Source of the DNA: Rhodospirillales bacterium
GTDB lineage: Bacteria; Pseudomonadota; Alphaproteobacteria; Rhodospirillales; SHVU01
Assembly (NCBI GenBank): GCA_009691105.1
Contig: SHVU01000010.1
Location: 129 to 64,128 of the forward strand
Direction of reading: 5' to 3'
Length of the DNA stretch: 64,000 nt
Shown here: positions 30,333 to 42,547 of the stretch, in pieces
How the letters are laid out: each line of letters begins with the position of its first letter
Position numbering within the stretch: position 1 is the first letter of the stretch
Made by a program: the position numbers and the translations under genes
The notes under the pieces: generated by a model
The model's database searches: none
The model's input: the letters and a program-made list of their open reading frames with translations, nothing else
Told to the model about the DNA's origin: nothing

Positions 30333-31358
30333 ATGTTCGCCCGATTGTCCGTCCTCCGCCTTCTCATCCTCGCCGGACTGGTCGCCGTTGGCGTCAGCCT
30401 CGCGAACGATCGCGTCTTTGCCGCGACGCCGTCCGAAGAACCCGCCGCCCATGTTCTGGGCGCGATGGTCGGGCTACGCATCAGCGTGCCGCCCGACGCG
30501 CGTAGCGCTCAGACGCTGGGCGCCGAGCGCGCCGGCGGCGGCGTCGTGATCGATGAGAATGGATTAGTGGTGACGATCGGCTATTTGATCTTGGAAGCCG
30601 GCCGCATCGACATCATCAAAGCCGATGGCGAAGCCGTTCCGGCCCACGTCGTCGGCTACGATCATGAATCCGGCTTCGGCCTGGTGCGCGCCGAATCCGC
30701 GCTCGGCATTAAACCGATCCGACTAGGTCAATCCTCGGCGCTGGCCGAGGGCGACCGCGTGCTCGCCGTCAGCGTCGGGCCGCGCCCGGTCACTCCCGGC
30801 TACGTCGTGTCGCGCAAGCCGTTTGCCGGCGGGTGGGAATACCTGGTCGAGAACGCGATCTACACGTCGCCGCCGCATCAGAATTTCGGCGGTGCCGCCT
30901 TGATCAACGAGGAAGGACGGCTGGTCGGCATCGGCTCGCTCTATATCAACGTTGCGCTTCCCGGAGCGCAGCCATTGCCCGGCAATATGTTCGTCCCGAT
31001 CGACGATCTGAAACTGATCTTCACCGACATGATCGAGCACGGCCGGCGCGCCAAAGGGCAAAAGCCGTGGCTCGGCGTCAACACCGAGGAAGCGTTCGGC
31101 CGCGTCTTCGTGTCGCGCGTCACGCCGGGCAGCCCGGCCGAGAAAGCCGGCATCAAAGCGGGCGACATCATCATGGGCGTCGGCGGCCGCCGCGTCGAAA
31201 GCATGATCGACTTTTATCGAAAGATTTGGACGCTGGGCGAACCTGGCATCGCCGTGCCGCTCGACGTGCTGCAGCAGTCGAGCGATCTCACGATCCGCAA
31301 AGTCGACGTGCCGTCGGTCAGCCGTTACGACTGGCTGAACATCAAGCGCGGGTACTGA
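30333..31358 (+). CDS. S1C/HtrA-like trypsin-fold + PDZ protein with substituted catalytic residues
   Basis: Signal peptide; GGGVVID, VTIGYL (usually TNxHV), HQNFGGAALIN (usually GNSGG), PWLGV, SPAEKAGIKAGD. Confidence 0.85.
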   Translation: MFARLSVLRLLILAGLVAVGVSLANDRVFAATPSEEPAAHVLGAMVGLRISVPPDARSAQTLGAERAGGGVVIDENGLVVTIGYLILEAGRIDIIKADGEAVPAHVVGYDHESGFGLVRAESALGIKPIRLGQSSALAEGDRVLAVSVGPRPVTPGYVVSRKPFAGGWEYLVENAIYTSPPHQNFGGAALINEEGRLVGIGSLYINVALPGAQPLPGNMFVPIDDLKLIFTDMIEHGRRAKGQKPWLGVNTEEAFGRVFVSRVTPGSPAEKAGIKAGDIIMGVGGRRVESMIDFYRKIWTLGEPGIAVPLDVLQQSSDLTIRKVDVPSVSRYDWLNIKRGY

Positions 31359-31367
31359 CGCGCCGGC

Positions 31368-32060
31368 CTAACCCGGCTCGACGTCGATAGCGTAGCCGGC
31401 GCCGCGGACCGTTCGGATCACGTCCGCTTCTCCGATCCGATTGAGCGCTTTGCGCAACCGCAGGACGTGAACGTCGACCGTGCGCGGCTCGACGTCCAAA
31501 TCTCGGCCCCAGACCTGATCCAAAAGTTGCTCGCGGGAGAACACCCGGCGCGGCTTTTCCATGAGAGTCCGTAACAGGCGGAATTCGGTCGGTCCGAGCT
31601 TGACCGCCGAGCCGGCGCGCGAGACGCGATGCGCCGCCAAATCCATGACGACGTCGCCGTATTCAAGCCGCTCTTCGCTCAAGGCCGGACGCGAACGCCG
31701 CAAGATGGCGCGAACCCGGGCGATGAGCTCCTTGGGCGAGAACGGTTTGGTCAAATAATCGTCGGCGCCGCTTTCGAGGCAGTGGACGCGATCCGATTCC
31801 TCGCCGCGCGCCGTCACCATGACCACTGGTAAGCGACGGGTTGCCGCTCCGCGCCGGATCCGACGGCAGACCTCGAGGCCGGATAGCTTCGGCAGCATCC
31901 AGTCGAGAACGACGACGTCCGGCGTTTCCTCGGCGAGCGCGATCAGCGCTTCCTCGCCGTCGCTGGCAATGGCCGTCCGAAATCCGTCTTTCTCGAGGTT
32001 GTAGCGAATGACCTCAACGAGGGGCGGCTCGTCCTCGACGATCAGCGCGAGAGGTTTCAT
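31368..32060 (-). CDS. phoB: Phosphate regulon response regulator
   Basis: VEDE, LDWMLP, TARGEESDRV, LGPTEFRLL, RTVDVH; follows phoU. Confidence 0.95.
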   Translation of the reverse strand: MKPLALIVEDEPPLVEVIRYNLEKDGFRTAIASDGEEALIALAEETPDVVVLDWMLPKLSGLEVCRRIRRGAATRRLPVVMVTARGEESDRVHCLESGADDYLTKPFSPKELIARVRAILRRSRPALSEERLEYGDVVMDLAAHRVSRAGSAVKLGPTEFRLLRTLMEKPRRVFSREQLLDQVWGRDLDVEPRTVDVHVLRLRKALNRIGEADVIRTVRGAGYAIDVEPG

Positions 32061-32779
32061 GTCCGCTCGGACGGGTTGGTGGACGGGGCCGTACTGGCGG
32101 CATCGACCTTGCGGCGCTCTTCGACGGGCAACTTGCCGCGGATCAGGAACAGGACCGATTCCGCGACGTTGGTCGCATGGTCGCCGACCCGCTCGATATT
32201 CTTGGCGATGAACAGAAGATGCGTGCAGGGCGAAATGTTGCGCGGATCTTCCATCATGTAGGTCAGAAGTTCGCGAAACAGGCTGGTGTGAAGCTGGTCC
32301 ACCGCCTCGTCCTGAGCCAGCACGTCTTCGGCCTTCTCGGCATCGCGCGCCACATATGCATCCAACACCGTCTTGACCATGGTCTGAGCGAGTTGGCCCA
32401 TCCGCGCGATCGAGTGGATCGACAGCGCCGGCGAGGCATCGGCGATGGCGGAGATGCGCTTGGCGACGTTCTTGGCGTAGTCGCCGATGCGCTCGAGGTC
32501 AGCCGCGATCTTGATCGCGGCAACCGCGGCGCGCAGGTCGTCGGCCATGGGCTGACGCAACGCCAGGAGCCGCAGCGCCAAGGCATTGACCTCGGTTTCG
32601 ATCTCGTCGATGCGGCGGTCACGCTCGATGATCCGCGCCGCCGCTTCGATGTCGTGCTTGACCAGAGCCTCGAACGTTTCAGCGAGTTGCGATTCCGCAA
32701 GGCCGCCCATCTCGGCGATCTTGCTCTCGAGCCGCGTCAGCTCGGTGTCGAAGGATTTGACGATGTGTTCGGACGCCAT
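32057..32779 (-). CDS. phoU: Phosphate signalling protein PhoU
   Basis: EHIVKSFD, RQPMADDLR, DLERIGD, YMMEDPRNI, IERVGDHATN. Confidence 0.96.
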   Translation of the reverse strand: MASEHIVKSFDTELTRLESKIAEMGGLAESQLAETFEALVKHDIEAAARIIERDRRIDEIETEVNALALRLLALRQPMADDLRAAVAAIKIAADLERIGDYAKNVAKRISAIADASPALSIHSIARMGQLAQTMVKTVLDAYVARDAEKAEDVLAQDEAVDQLHTSLFRELLTYMMEDPRNISPCTHLLFIAKNIERVGDHATNVAESVLFLIRGKLPVEERRKVDAASTAPSTNPSERT

Positions 32780-32807
32780 GGCGTTCGTTCCATTCAATCC
32801 GCTTCGG

Positions 32808-33629
<822 letters not shown>

Positions 33630-33639
33630 GGGCCCCTCC

Positions 33640-35388
33640 TTAGAACTGAGCGCCGGCGAATCGCTTCTTCAAGCGATTGCGGACGACGATGGCAAAGGCA
33701 TTCATGCTCGCGACGAGCGTGATCAAAAGCAGCGTCGTGACGAACACCATGGGCTTGCCGGCTTCGGAATTGCGCGACTGAAAGCCGACGTCATATATGT
33801 GGAAGCCAAGATGCATGAAACTCCGTTCCAGATGCAGGAACGGGAAGATGCCGTCGATCGGCAGCTCCGGCGCCAATTTGACGACGCCGACCAGCATCAA
33901 CGGCGCGACTTCGCCGGCGCCACGCGCCATCGCCAGAATGACCCCGGTCATGATCCCGGGCATGGCCTGTGGCAAGACGACGCGACGAATTGTCTGCCAC
34001 TTGGAAGCGCCGCAGGCGAGCGAGCCTTCGCGGACACTCAGCGGCACGGCGGCCAACGCTTCTTCTGACGCAACGATCACGACCGGGACGGTCAAGATGG
34101 CGAGCGTGAGCGACGACCACAGCAAGCCGCCGGTTCCGAACGTCGGGCTCGGTAAGCGTTCCTGGAAGAACCAGGCGTCGATCGACCCGCCGACGAGATA
34201 GGCGAAGAAGCCGAGGCCGAAGACGCCGTAGACGATCGACGGAACGCCGGCAAGATTGTTGACCGAGATACGGACCGCGGCGACGAGACGCCCTTGCTTG
34301 GCGTATTCGCGCAGGTACAGCGCCGTGATCACGCCGAACGGCGTCACGGCGACGACCAGCAAGAGAGTCATTGCGAAGGTGCCGAAGATCGCCGGCAACA
34401 CGCCGCCCTCGGTATTGGCTTCGCGGGGCTCGTCGCTCAGGAATTCCCACCAGCGCGATAGATACACGCCGATGGCCTGGAACACGTTCAAAGCATTGGC
34501 GGGATACATCCGGACGATTCCGGCCAGCGGCACTTTGATCTCGCGGCCGGTGACGTCCGCAAAGACGATTTCGTTGCGCGCATTCTCGGCCTTCAAGGCG
34601 TTGGCTTCGCCGACGAGGCGCTGATACTGCGCTTGGAGCTCGACGGAACGGGTGGCGAGCTCGTCGGTGGCGCGACGGTGCTCCGAGCTGCCCTCGCCGT
34701 CGGTCAGCGCCACCTTGCGAACATGCAGCCGCTCGGCTTCGAGTTCGTGGTTAATGGCGCCGATGCCGTCGCGTTCCAGCTCGCGAATGCGCGCCCATCG
34801 CGCCCGAGCGCGATCATGGGCTTGGTCGAGAACGGCGCGGTCAAGATCGGCAGCAGACCGTGACTGGCCAGACAACGTCGCCGTCTTGATCCGTCCGATC
34901 AAAGGACCCCATTCAAGACGCTCGACGAAATGGTAATCCGCGGGATGAGCGACGCTGGCCACGGTGTGGTCGGATACCCAGCTAAAATCCTCGTTGTAGA
35001 GATCGTAGTTGCCGATCCGGTAAAGCGTTCGGTTGGCGTGACCGTCGGCGGCATCCATGGCCCGTTGCGCTTCGGGCGACATCCGGCCGCGCTCGTCGGC
35101 GGCCGGCCGGTACAGCTCGGACCGGATCGGTTCGCCGGCAATGATGGTCGCGCCATCGGTCAGGCGGATTTCGGCGATCGGTTTCGGATAGAACGTCGCA
35201 ATACCGTTCCAAAAGACCAGGAACAGTAACCCGACGATCATCAGAACGCCGAGCGCCAACGCGCCGCCCAAGCCCCACAGATATGGCTCGCCATAGGCGC
35301 TGAGAGCGGTAGCGCGCAAAGACGACGCCGATTGCGCCGGGGTCCGGTCGGTCGGGTTGTCGTCGCGCGCGATGGGCACGGTGTCCAT
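33640..35388 (-). CDS. pstA: Phosphate ABC permease PstA, long form with periplasmic insertion
   Basis: [43 protein letters not shown]. Confidence 0.92.
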   Translation of the reverse strand: MDTVPIARDDNPTDRTPAQSASSLRATALSAYGEPYLWGLGGALALGVLMIVGLLFLVFWNGIATFYPKPIAEIRLTDGATIIAGEPIRSELYRPAADERGRMSPEAQRAMDAADGHANRTLYRIGNYDLYNEDFSWVSDHTVASVAHPADYHFVERLEWGPLIGRIKTATLSGQSRSAADLDRAVLDQAHDRARARWARIRELERDGIGAINHELEAERLHVRKVALTDGEGSSEHRRATDELATRSVELQAQYQRLVGEANALKAENARNEIVFADVTGREIKVPLAGIVRMYPANALNVFQAIGVYLSRWWEFLSDEPREANTEGGVLPAIFGTFAMTLLLVVAVTPFGVITALYLREYAKQGRLVAAVRISVNNLAGVPSIVYGVFGLGFFAYLVGGSIDAWFFQERLPSPTFGTGGLLWSSLTLAILTVPVVIVASEEALAAVPLSVREGSLACGASKWQTIRRVVLPQAMPGIMTGVILAMARGAGEVAPLMLVGVVKLAPELPIDGIFPFLHLERSFMHLGFHIYDVGFQSRNSEAGKPMVFVTTLLLITLVASMNAFAIVVRNRLKKRFAGAQF

Positions 35389-35397
35389 GGTGCGGTC

Positions 35398-38013
35398 CTA
35401 AAGCTGCGCCGCCCGCCGGCGGAACCGCTGGCGGATGATTTCGGAGCCGGTGTTGATCGCAAACGTCATCACGAAGAGGACGAGCGCGGCCAAGAACAGC
35501 ATCCGGAACAACGTCGAGTCTTTGACGGCTTCGGGCAGTTCGACGGCGATGTTGGCCGAGAGTGCGCGAAGTCCGTTGAACACGTTCCAGTCAAGAAGCG
35601 GTGTATTGCCCGCCGCCATGACGACGATCATGGTCTCGCCGACGGCGCGGCCCATGCCGACCATGATGGCGGCGAAGACACCGCTCATCGCCGTCGGCAG
35701 AATGACCGAGGTCGCCGTCTGCCACGGTGTCGCACCGCAGGCGAGACTGGCGGCGCGCAAATGCGGCGGCACCGCGTTCAACGAGTCTTCGGCGATCGTG
35801 TAAATGATCGGCACCACCGCAAAGCCCATGGCGAAGCCGACGATCAGAGTGTTGCGTTGGACGTAGGTTCCGACCAGGCCGTTTCGCGCGTCCACGCCGA
35901 TCGCGGTAAGCATCCAGGCGATGACCACGCTCAGCACGACGGACGCGGCGAGAATCGCGAGCCAACGGCCCAGATCGAGAAGTGCCGCCTGAAACCGCGG
36001 CCGAGCTTTGAGCGCAGCGGCGAATCGTTCCGCGGCAACGCGATCGAAGATCGTAAGCGTGATGGCCAAGGCGACGGGCAATCCCAGCAGCACCAGGAAC
36101 GGCACCGGAGATCCGACCTTACCGTCGAGCCACGCGCGAAGATCGCCGGCGAAAAACAACGCCTCGAACACCTGGCCCAACGCGAAGGCGATCCAGAACG
36201 CGGCAATGACGACAACGAACATCAAGCTGAATTTGGGAATGTTCTGGAGGCGAAGCGCGTAGTGCTGCGGGATGAGCTGCCACGCATAGGCGGCCGCAAC
36301 CAGCGACACCGGCAAAACGACAAAGACCAAGAGGATTGCGGCAATCCAGTTCTCGACCCAGGGCGCCAGAACCAACGCCGCAATAAAGCCGAGAACCACC
36401 GACGGCAACGACGCCATCATCTCCATGGTCGGCTTGACCACCGCCCGAACCCGGTGATGCACGAATTCCGACGTATAGATCGCGCCGAGCAGCGCGATCG
36501 GAACCGCGAACAGCAGCGAATAAAGCGTCGCCTTGAAGGTCCCGAACATGAGCGGGATCAACGAGAATTTCGGCTCGAAGCTGTCGGTGCCGGACGAGGA
36601 TTGCCACGTATAGGACGGCTCCGAATAGCCTTCATACCAAACGTGACCGAAGATCGAGGCCCACGTGGTTTCGGGATGGGGCACGTTCATGTCCCACGCC
36701 CGATAGCGCCCGTCGATGGCCAGCGCCACGGCGCCATCATCGCGCGGCGACAAGGCGAGAGCGCTAACGTCGCGCGGCTCCGGGGCTACCTCGAGCTTGA
36801 CGAGGACCTGCTGGCTGGTCGAATGCCGGAACCATACGGCGCCGTTCTCGTCGGCCGTCAGAAACGCCTTGCCGCGATGACTCGGCTGAAGATGACGGAC
36901 TGCACCGGCATGTGGCTCAAGCCGATGGATCCGGATCATCTGATAACCGTCCACCGTCTTGGCGTCGGCACGCTGCAGACGGGCGTACACGTCGACAGAG
37001 CCCTGCGATCCGCCGGCGACGATCGACTGTTCACCGATCAGAAAGTCTATGACAGTTAGATTTTCGGGGCCGGGGAAGAGATCGATGCTCTCGGCCAACA
37101 CAGGCTTGGTGAAATCGCGCGAGTCGAAGCGATGCACGATCCCGGTCGTGTCGGCGACATAGATCTGATCCGCCGATTCCGTCAGGAGTACGTCGGCCAC
37201 CGTGAGCGCCGCCGGCAAATCGGGAAACCGCGACGTCTCGACGCGGGTCGTGGTTTGTCCGGTCAGAATGTTGCGGCGCGATTCGGCGCGGCTGAGACGA
37301 ACGACGCCGCGACCATCGACGGTAGCCAGCACGCGGGACGGGCGTTCGACGGTTCCGGCGATGCGGTATCCGAGAGCGACGATGGGGCTGCCGTCCTCGG
37401 CGATTGGTTGGGGCGCGTCGAAATCGACATCCACTTCGATCTTGCGCACCTGCGCGGAATCGATTTGCACGTAGACGGAGCGACCATCGGAGAGGGCCCG
37501 CTCGCCGAGATCGCGCAAACCGGCCGGGACCTGGTCGGTAGGCAAGACGACGGTGCCGAACCGCAAGCGACCCACGGTGACGCTGCCGTCGGCAAATCCG
37601 AACGCGATCCCGTCACCCATGGAAGACTGACCGAAACTGGTCAGGCGACGGCCGCCGAAATCGAGCGTTGGCACCGCAATCTCGGTCCCGGTCGCAACGT
37701 GAAAGGCCCGGAGGCGCCCGCCTTCTTCGAGCACCACGGCGAGAATTTTGTGGTCGTCCATGAACGTGGCGACAGCGCGCCCGGGTGGTACAGCGAGTCG
37801 CGCATCGCGCCGCAGGCTGGCTTCTCCGCCCGTAAACAGAGGAATGGCAACCGAAATGAGAAACGCCACGATCCCGATGACGGCGACGATCACCGACAAG
37901 CCACCGATCGTGATGACGCTGTCGGCAATGCGATCGATGATCTTGACCGATTGCCGCGTCTTACGACGAGCGGCGGCGAGCGCGGTCATGGAAGGTGTGG
38001 AGGATTCGCTCAT
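35398..38013 (-). CDS. pstC: Phosphate ABC permease PstC, long form with large beta-rich periplasmic domain
   Basis: EMMASLPSVVLG, ASLACGATPWQT, GRAVGETM, LSANIAVELPE; 871 aa. Confidence 0.9.
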   Translation of the reverse strand: MSESSTPSMTALAAARRKTRQSVKIIDRIADSVITIGGLSVIVAVIGIVAFLISVAIPLFTGGEASLRRDARLAVPPGRAVATFMDDHKILAVVLEEGGRLRAFHVATGTEIAVPTLDFGGRRLTSFGQSSMGDGIAFGFADGSVTVGRLRFGTVVLPTDQVPAGLRDLGERALSDGRSVYVQIDSAQVRKIEVDVDFDAPQPIAEDGSPIVALGYRIAGTVERPSRVLATVDGRGVVRLSRAESRRNILTGQTTTRVETSRFPDLPAALTVADVLLTESADQIYVADTTGIVHRFDSRDFTKPVLAESIDLFPGPENLTVIDFLIGEQSIVAGGSQGSVDVYARLQRADAKTVDGYQMIRIHRLEPHAGAVRHLQPSHRGKAFLTADENGAVWFRHSTSQQVLVKLEVAPEPRDVSALALSPRDDGAVALAIDGRYRAWDMNVPHPETTWASIFGHVWYEGYSEPSYTWQSSSGTDSFEPKFSLIPLMFGTFKATLYSLLFAVPIALLGAIYTSEFVHHRVRAVVKPTMEMMASLPSVVLGFIAALVLAPWVENWIAAILLVFVVLPVSLVAAAYAWQLIPQHYALRLQNIPKFSLMFVVVIAAFWIAFALGQVFEALFFAGDLRAWLDGKVGSPVPFLVLLGLPVALAITLTIFDRVAAERFAAALKARPRFQAALLDLGRWLAILAASVVLSVVIAWMLTAIGVDARNGLVGTYVQRNTLIVGFAMGFAVVPIIYTIAEDSLNAVPPHLRAASLACGATPWQTATSVILPTAMSGVFAAIMVGMGRAVGETMIVVMAAGNTPLLDWNVFNGLRALSANIAVELPEAVKDSTLFRMLFLAALVLFVMTFAINTGSEIIRQRFRRRAAQL

Positions 38014-38049
38014 GGCTCACGCAAGACGAGGAACGCGACGGGATAGGAA

Positions 38050-38084
38050 GAGAAAGAGCGGCCGGCGCAGGGCACCGGCCGCTC
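38050..38084 (-). terminator. Hairpin between pstS and pstC (terminator or mRNA stabiliser)
   Basis: GAGCGGCCGG-N9-CCGGCCGCTC followed by TTTCTCTT on the minus strand. Confidence 0.65.
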
Positions 38085-38090
38085 CGACGA

Positions 38091-39080
38091 CTAGTTCATC
38101 AACTTCTTGGCCTTGAGGTCTTCGCGAGCAATGGCGCCAGTAACGGGGAAGAACCCGTCCTTCAGCACCGCCTGCTGGCCAGCCTTGGAATAGACGTACT
38201 TGATGAACTCGGCGCGCAGCGGATCGAGCGCCTGGTTCGGATTGACGTTCACGTAGATGTAGAGGAAGCGCGACAGCACGTAGTCGCCCGAGTAGGCGTT
38301 GTCGCTGGTCGCGTCGTAGCAGGTCGCACCCGCCTTGGCGGAGAGCGGAACCGTCTTCACGTCAGCCGTCTTGTAGCCGACGCCCGAGTAACCCATGGCG
38401 AAGCGGTCCGAGGCGATGCCCTGAACCACGGCCGACGAGCCGGGCTGTTCTTTGACCGAGTCCTTGTAGTCGCCATTGAAGAGAGCAACTTCCTTGAAGT
38501 AGCCGTACGTGCCGGACGCCGAGTTGCGGCCGTAGAGCGAAATCGGACGGTCGGCCCATTCGCCGGTCACGCCGAGCTGGCCCCAAGTCGCCATATCTTT
38601 GTCCGAGCCGCCGCGACGGGTCTTCGAGAATACCGCGTCGACTTGCTGCAGCGTCAGGCACTTCACCGGATTGTCCTTGTGGACGAACACGGCGAGAGCA
38701 TCGACGGCGCTGCGCACGGCCGACGGCTTGTAGCCATATTTCTTCTCGAACTCGTCGATCTCGGCGGACTTCATCGGCCGCGACATCGGACCAAACTGAG
38801 CCGTTCCACGGATCAAAGCAGGGGGCGCCGTTCCCGAGCCCTTGCCTTCGATCTCGATGTTGACGTTCGGGTACTGGGCTTTGAAGCCCTCGGCCCAGAG
38901 CGTCATGAGATTGTTGAGCGTGTCGGAGCCGATCGACTTGAGGCTGCCCGAGACGCCGCTCACCGGCTTGTAGTCGGCGAGGAGCGGGTCGAGACCCTGC
39001 TGCGCATGGGCGGAGAGGCCGAGCATGACGCCGCCGGCCGCCACCAATCCCCGAAGAATGTGTCGTTTCATCATATGCAT
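38091..39080 (-). CDS. pstS: Phosphate-binding protein PstS
   Basis: Signal peptide; GSDTL, GSGTAPPAL, MSR, GRNSASGTY, GYSG. Confidence 0.95.
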   Translation of the reverse strand: MHMMKRHILRGLVAAGGVMLGLSAHAQQGLDPLLADYKPVSGVSGSLKSIGSDTLNNLMTLWAEGFKAQYPNVNIEIEGKGSGTAPPALIRGTAQFGPMSRPMKSAEIDEFEKKYGYKPSAVRSAVDALAVFVHKDNPVKCLTLQQVDAVFSKTRRGGSDKDMATWGQLGVTGEWADRPISLYGRNSASGTYGYFKEVALFNGDYKDSVKEQPGSSAVVQGIASDRFAMGYSGVGYKTADVKTVPLSAKAGATCYDATSDNAYSGDYVLSRFLYIYVNVNPNQALDPLRAEFIKYVYSKAGQQAVLKDGFFPVTGAIAREDLKAKKLMN

Positions 39081-39200
39081 TGTCCTGTGGTGTCTGTGGC
39101 TAGGAGTGGTTTGCGATCAACGGCCGACCTCCGGTCGACCGCTCGATCCGAACCCTAGCTAGCGACTGCTCCATACCTATGACTGAACGGTCTCAATGCT

Positions 39201-39229
39201 ATGACCGATCCGTTACAGTTTCGTGACAG
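39201..39229 (-). promoter_or_regulatory. Pho box (three 11-bp-phased PhoB half-sites)
   Basis: Minus strand CTGTCAC-GAAA-CTGTAAC-GGAT-CGGTCAT, about 120 bp upstream of pstS and overlapping the phoR stop codon. Confidence 0.85.
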
Positions 39230-40325
39230 GCGTTCCAGGACCAATGATTTCGGCGGAACTCTGGGGTTCCGCGAGGGGCAATTGCACCGTAAAGGTGCTG
39301 CCACGCCCCAGGACACTATCGATCGCGAAGCGTCCACGGTGACGATTGACGATGTGTTTGACGATGGCGAGGCCAAGACCGGTACCACCCAAAGCCCGCG
39401 ATCGGCCTTTATCGACGCGATAGAATCGCTCGGTCAGGCGCGGCAGGTCGTCTTCGGGAATGCCTTCGCCCTGATCGATAATGGCGATGGCAATCCCCGG
39501 CTTGTCGCGGCCGACGATCCGTTCGATGACCCGGCCCTCGATCCGAATGGGCGTTCCGGCCCGGCCGTACTTGATGGCGTTGTCGATCAGGTTCTGAAAG
39601 ACCTGGACCAGTTCGTCGCGATCGCCAGCCACCGGGGCAAGCCCGGCCGGGATGGCGAGGTCGATCGGCATGCTGCGCTCGGCGGCTCGTTTGGCGAGCA
39701 ACTCGGCGACGCCGCCCACGATCTGCTTCACGTCCTGCGGCTCGCGCGGCTGAACGTGCTCGTGAATTTCCACCCGCGACAGCGACAACAAGTCATCGAC
39801 GAGGCGCGCCATCCGGCGGGCTTCTTCATGCATGATGGCGACGAAACGGTCGCGGGCTTCGGTGTCATCGCGGGCCTGGCCGGTCAGCGTTTCGAGCAGC
39901 CCCACCAGTGACGCCAGCGGCGAGCGAAGCTCGTGACTGACGTTGGCGACGAAGTCGGCCCGCATCCGCTCCCATTTGCGGACTTCGGTCACATCGTGAA
40001 ACGCCAGCAAGGCGCCAGCCGGATGCGGCAATCCAGCGACCTGCAGAATGAAATCGCGCCGGACGGGCGCGGCGAGGCTTAGTTCGACCGATCGGCCGGG
40101 CCGGCCGGCCAACACGCTGTCGACCGCACCGAGAATGGCCGGATGGCGAATGGCTTGGGCCAGATTGCGGCCGGTCGCGGCGACCTGGAACGATTCCCGG
40201 GCGGAGCGGTTAATGGTCACGATCGTGCGGTTGCGGTCAACGACCACGATCGGATCGGGCAATTCGTCGAGAATCCGTATGGCCCCGGTGGGATCAAACC
40301 ATGGGATGTCGCGTCCTTCGGCCAT
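39213..40325 (-). CDS. phoR: Phosphate regulon sensor kinase PhoR (PAS-HisKA-HATPase)
   Basis: DFVANVSHELRSPL, NLIDNAIKY, RLTERFYRVDKGRSR, GGTGLGLAIVKHI. Confidence 0.92.
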   Translation of the reverse strand: MAEGRDIPWFDPTGAIRILDELPDPIVVVDRNRTIVTINRSARESFQVAATGRNLAQAIRHPAILGAVDSVLAGRPGRSVELSLAAPVRRDFILQVAGLPHPAGALLAFHDVTEVRKWERMRADFVANVSHELRSPLASLVGLLETLTGQARDDTEARDRFVAIMHEEARRMARLVDDLLSLSRVEIHEHVQPREPQDVKQIVGGVAELLAKRAAERSMPIDLAIPAGLAPVAGDRDELVQVFQNLIDNAIKYGRAGTPIRIEGRVIERIVGRDKPGIAIAIIDQGEGIPEDDLPRLTERFYRVDKGRSRALGGTGLGLAIVKHIVNRHRGRFAIDSVLGRGSTFTVQLPLAEPQSSAEIIGPGTPVTKL

Positions 40326-40454
40326 CAGGAGCGGAGTTTAACAGATTCCCCGGTCTGTCCCGATGCTCCCAGTCCCGGAGAGCTTCACGAGGCGCCGAAC
40401 ACGTCGGATCACCGCCCTCCGACCCGGATCCACCCTGCGAATCCGGCCTCTTCC

Positions 40455-40512
40455 CTTGACAAGGATGACCCCCGCCTCTACATGCTTGGCACTCATCGCA
40501 CTAGAGTGCTAA
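40455..40512 (+). promoter_or_regulatory. groESL promoter and CIRCE (HrcA operator)
   Basis: CTTGACA...CTCTACAT, then TTGGCACTC-N9-GAGTGCTAA at 40486-40512. Confidence 0.92.
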
Positions 40513-40528
40513 CAGGCGAGGTTAAGCC

Positions 40529-40834
40529 ATGAAATTCAAACCGCTACAGGACCGCGTTGTGGTCCGCCGTCTCGAAGGCGTCGAAAAGACAACGGGTGGG
40601 ATCATCATTCCCGATACCGCCAAAGAAAAGCCGATGGAAGGCGAAGTCGTCGCCGTCGGCCCGGGCGCCCGCGACGTGAGCGGCAAGCTCATCCCGATGG
40701 ACGTCAAAGTCGGCGACAAAGTGCTGTTCGGCAAATGGACCGGCACCGAAGTCAAAGTCGATGGCGAAGAGCTTGTCGTTGTAAAGGAATCCGAGCTGTT
40801 CGGAGTCATCACCGACTCCGGCAAGAAGAAATAA
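40529..40834 (+). CDS. groES: Co-chaperonin GroES
   Basis: [26 protein letters not shown]. Confidence 0.98.
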   Translation: MKFKPLQDRVVVRRLEGVEKTTGGIIIPDTAKEKPMEGEVVAVGPGARDVSGKLIPMDVKVGDKVLFGKWTGTEVKVDGEELVVVKESELFGVITDSGKKK

Positions 40835-40851
40835 CGAACGGAAGGGACTAA

Positions 40852-42489
<1,638 letters not shown>

Positions 42490-42517
42490 GAATACCGACT
42501 CACTCGGTCGGTTCTCG

Positions 42518-42547
42518 AAAGGGCCGCGGCATTGCCGCGGCCCTTTT
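42518..42547. terminator. Bidirectional rho-independent terminator
   Basis: AAAGGGCCGCGGC-ATT-GCCGCGGCCCTTTT between convergent genes. Confidence 0.9.

Noticed and set aside
35332-39158. Long antisense or alternative-frame ORFs (e.g. 35332-37059, 37995-39158, also 42731-44380, 48490-49977, 23644-25128)
   Set aside because: They overlap well-supported genes, have Arg/Gly/Ala-rich composition without motifs, and are expected in high-GC coding DNA.
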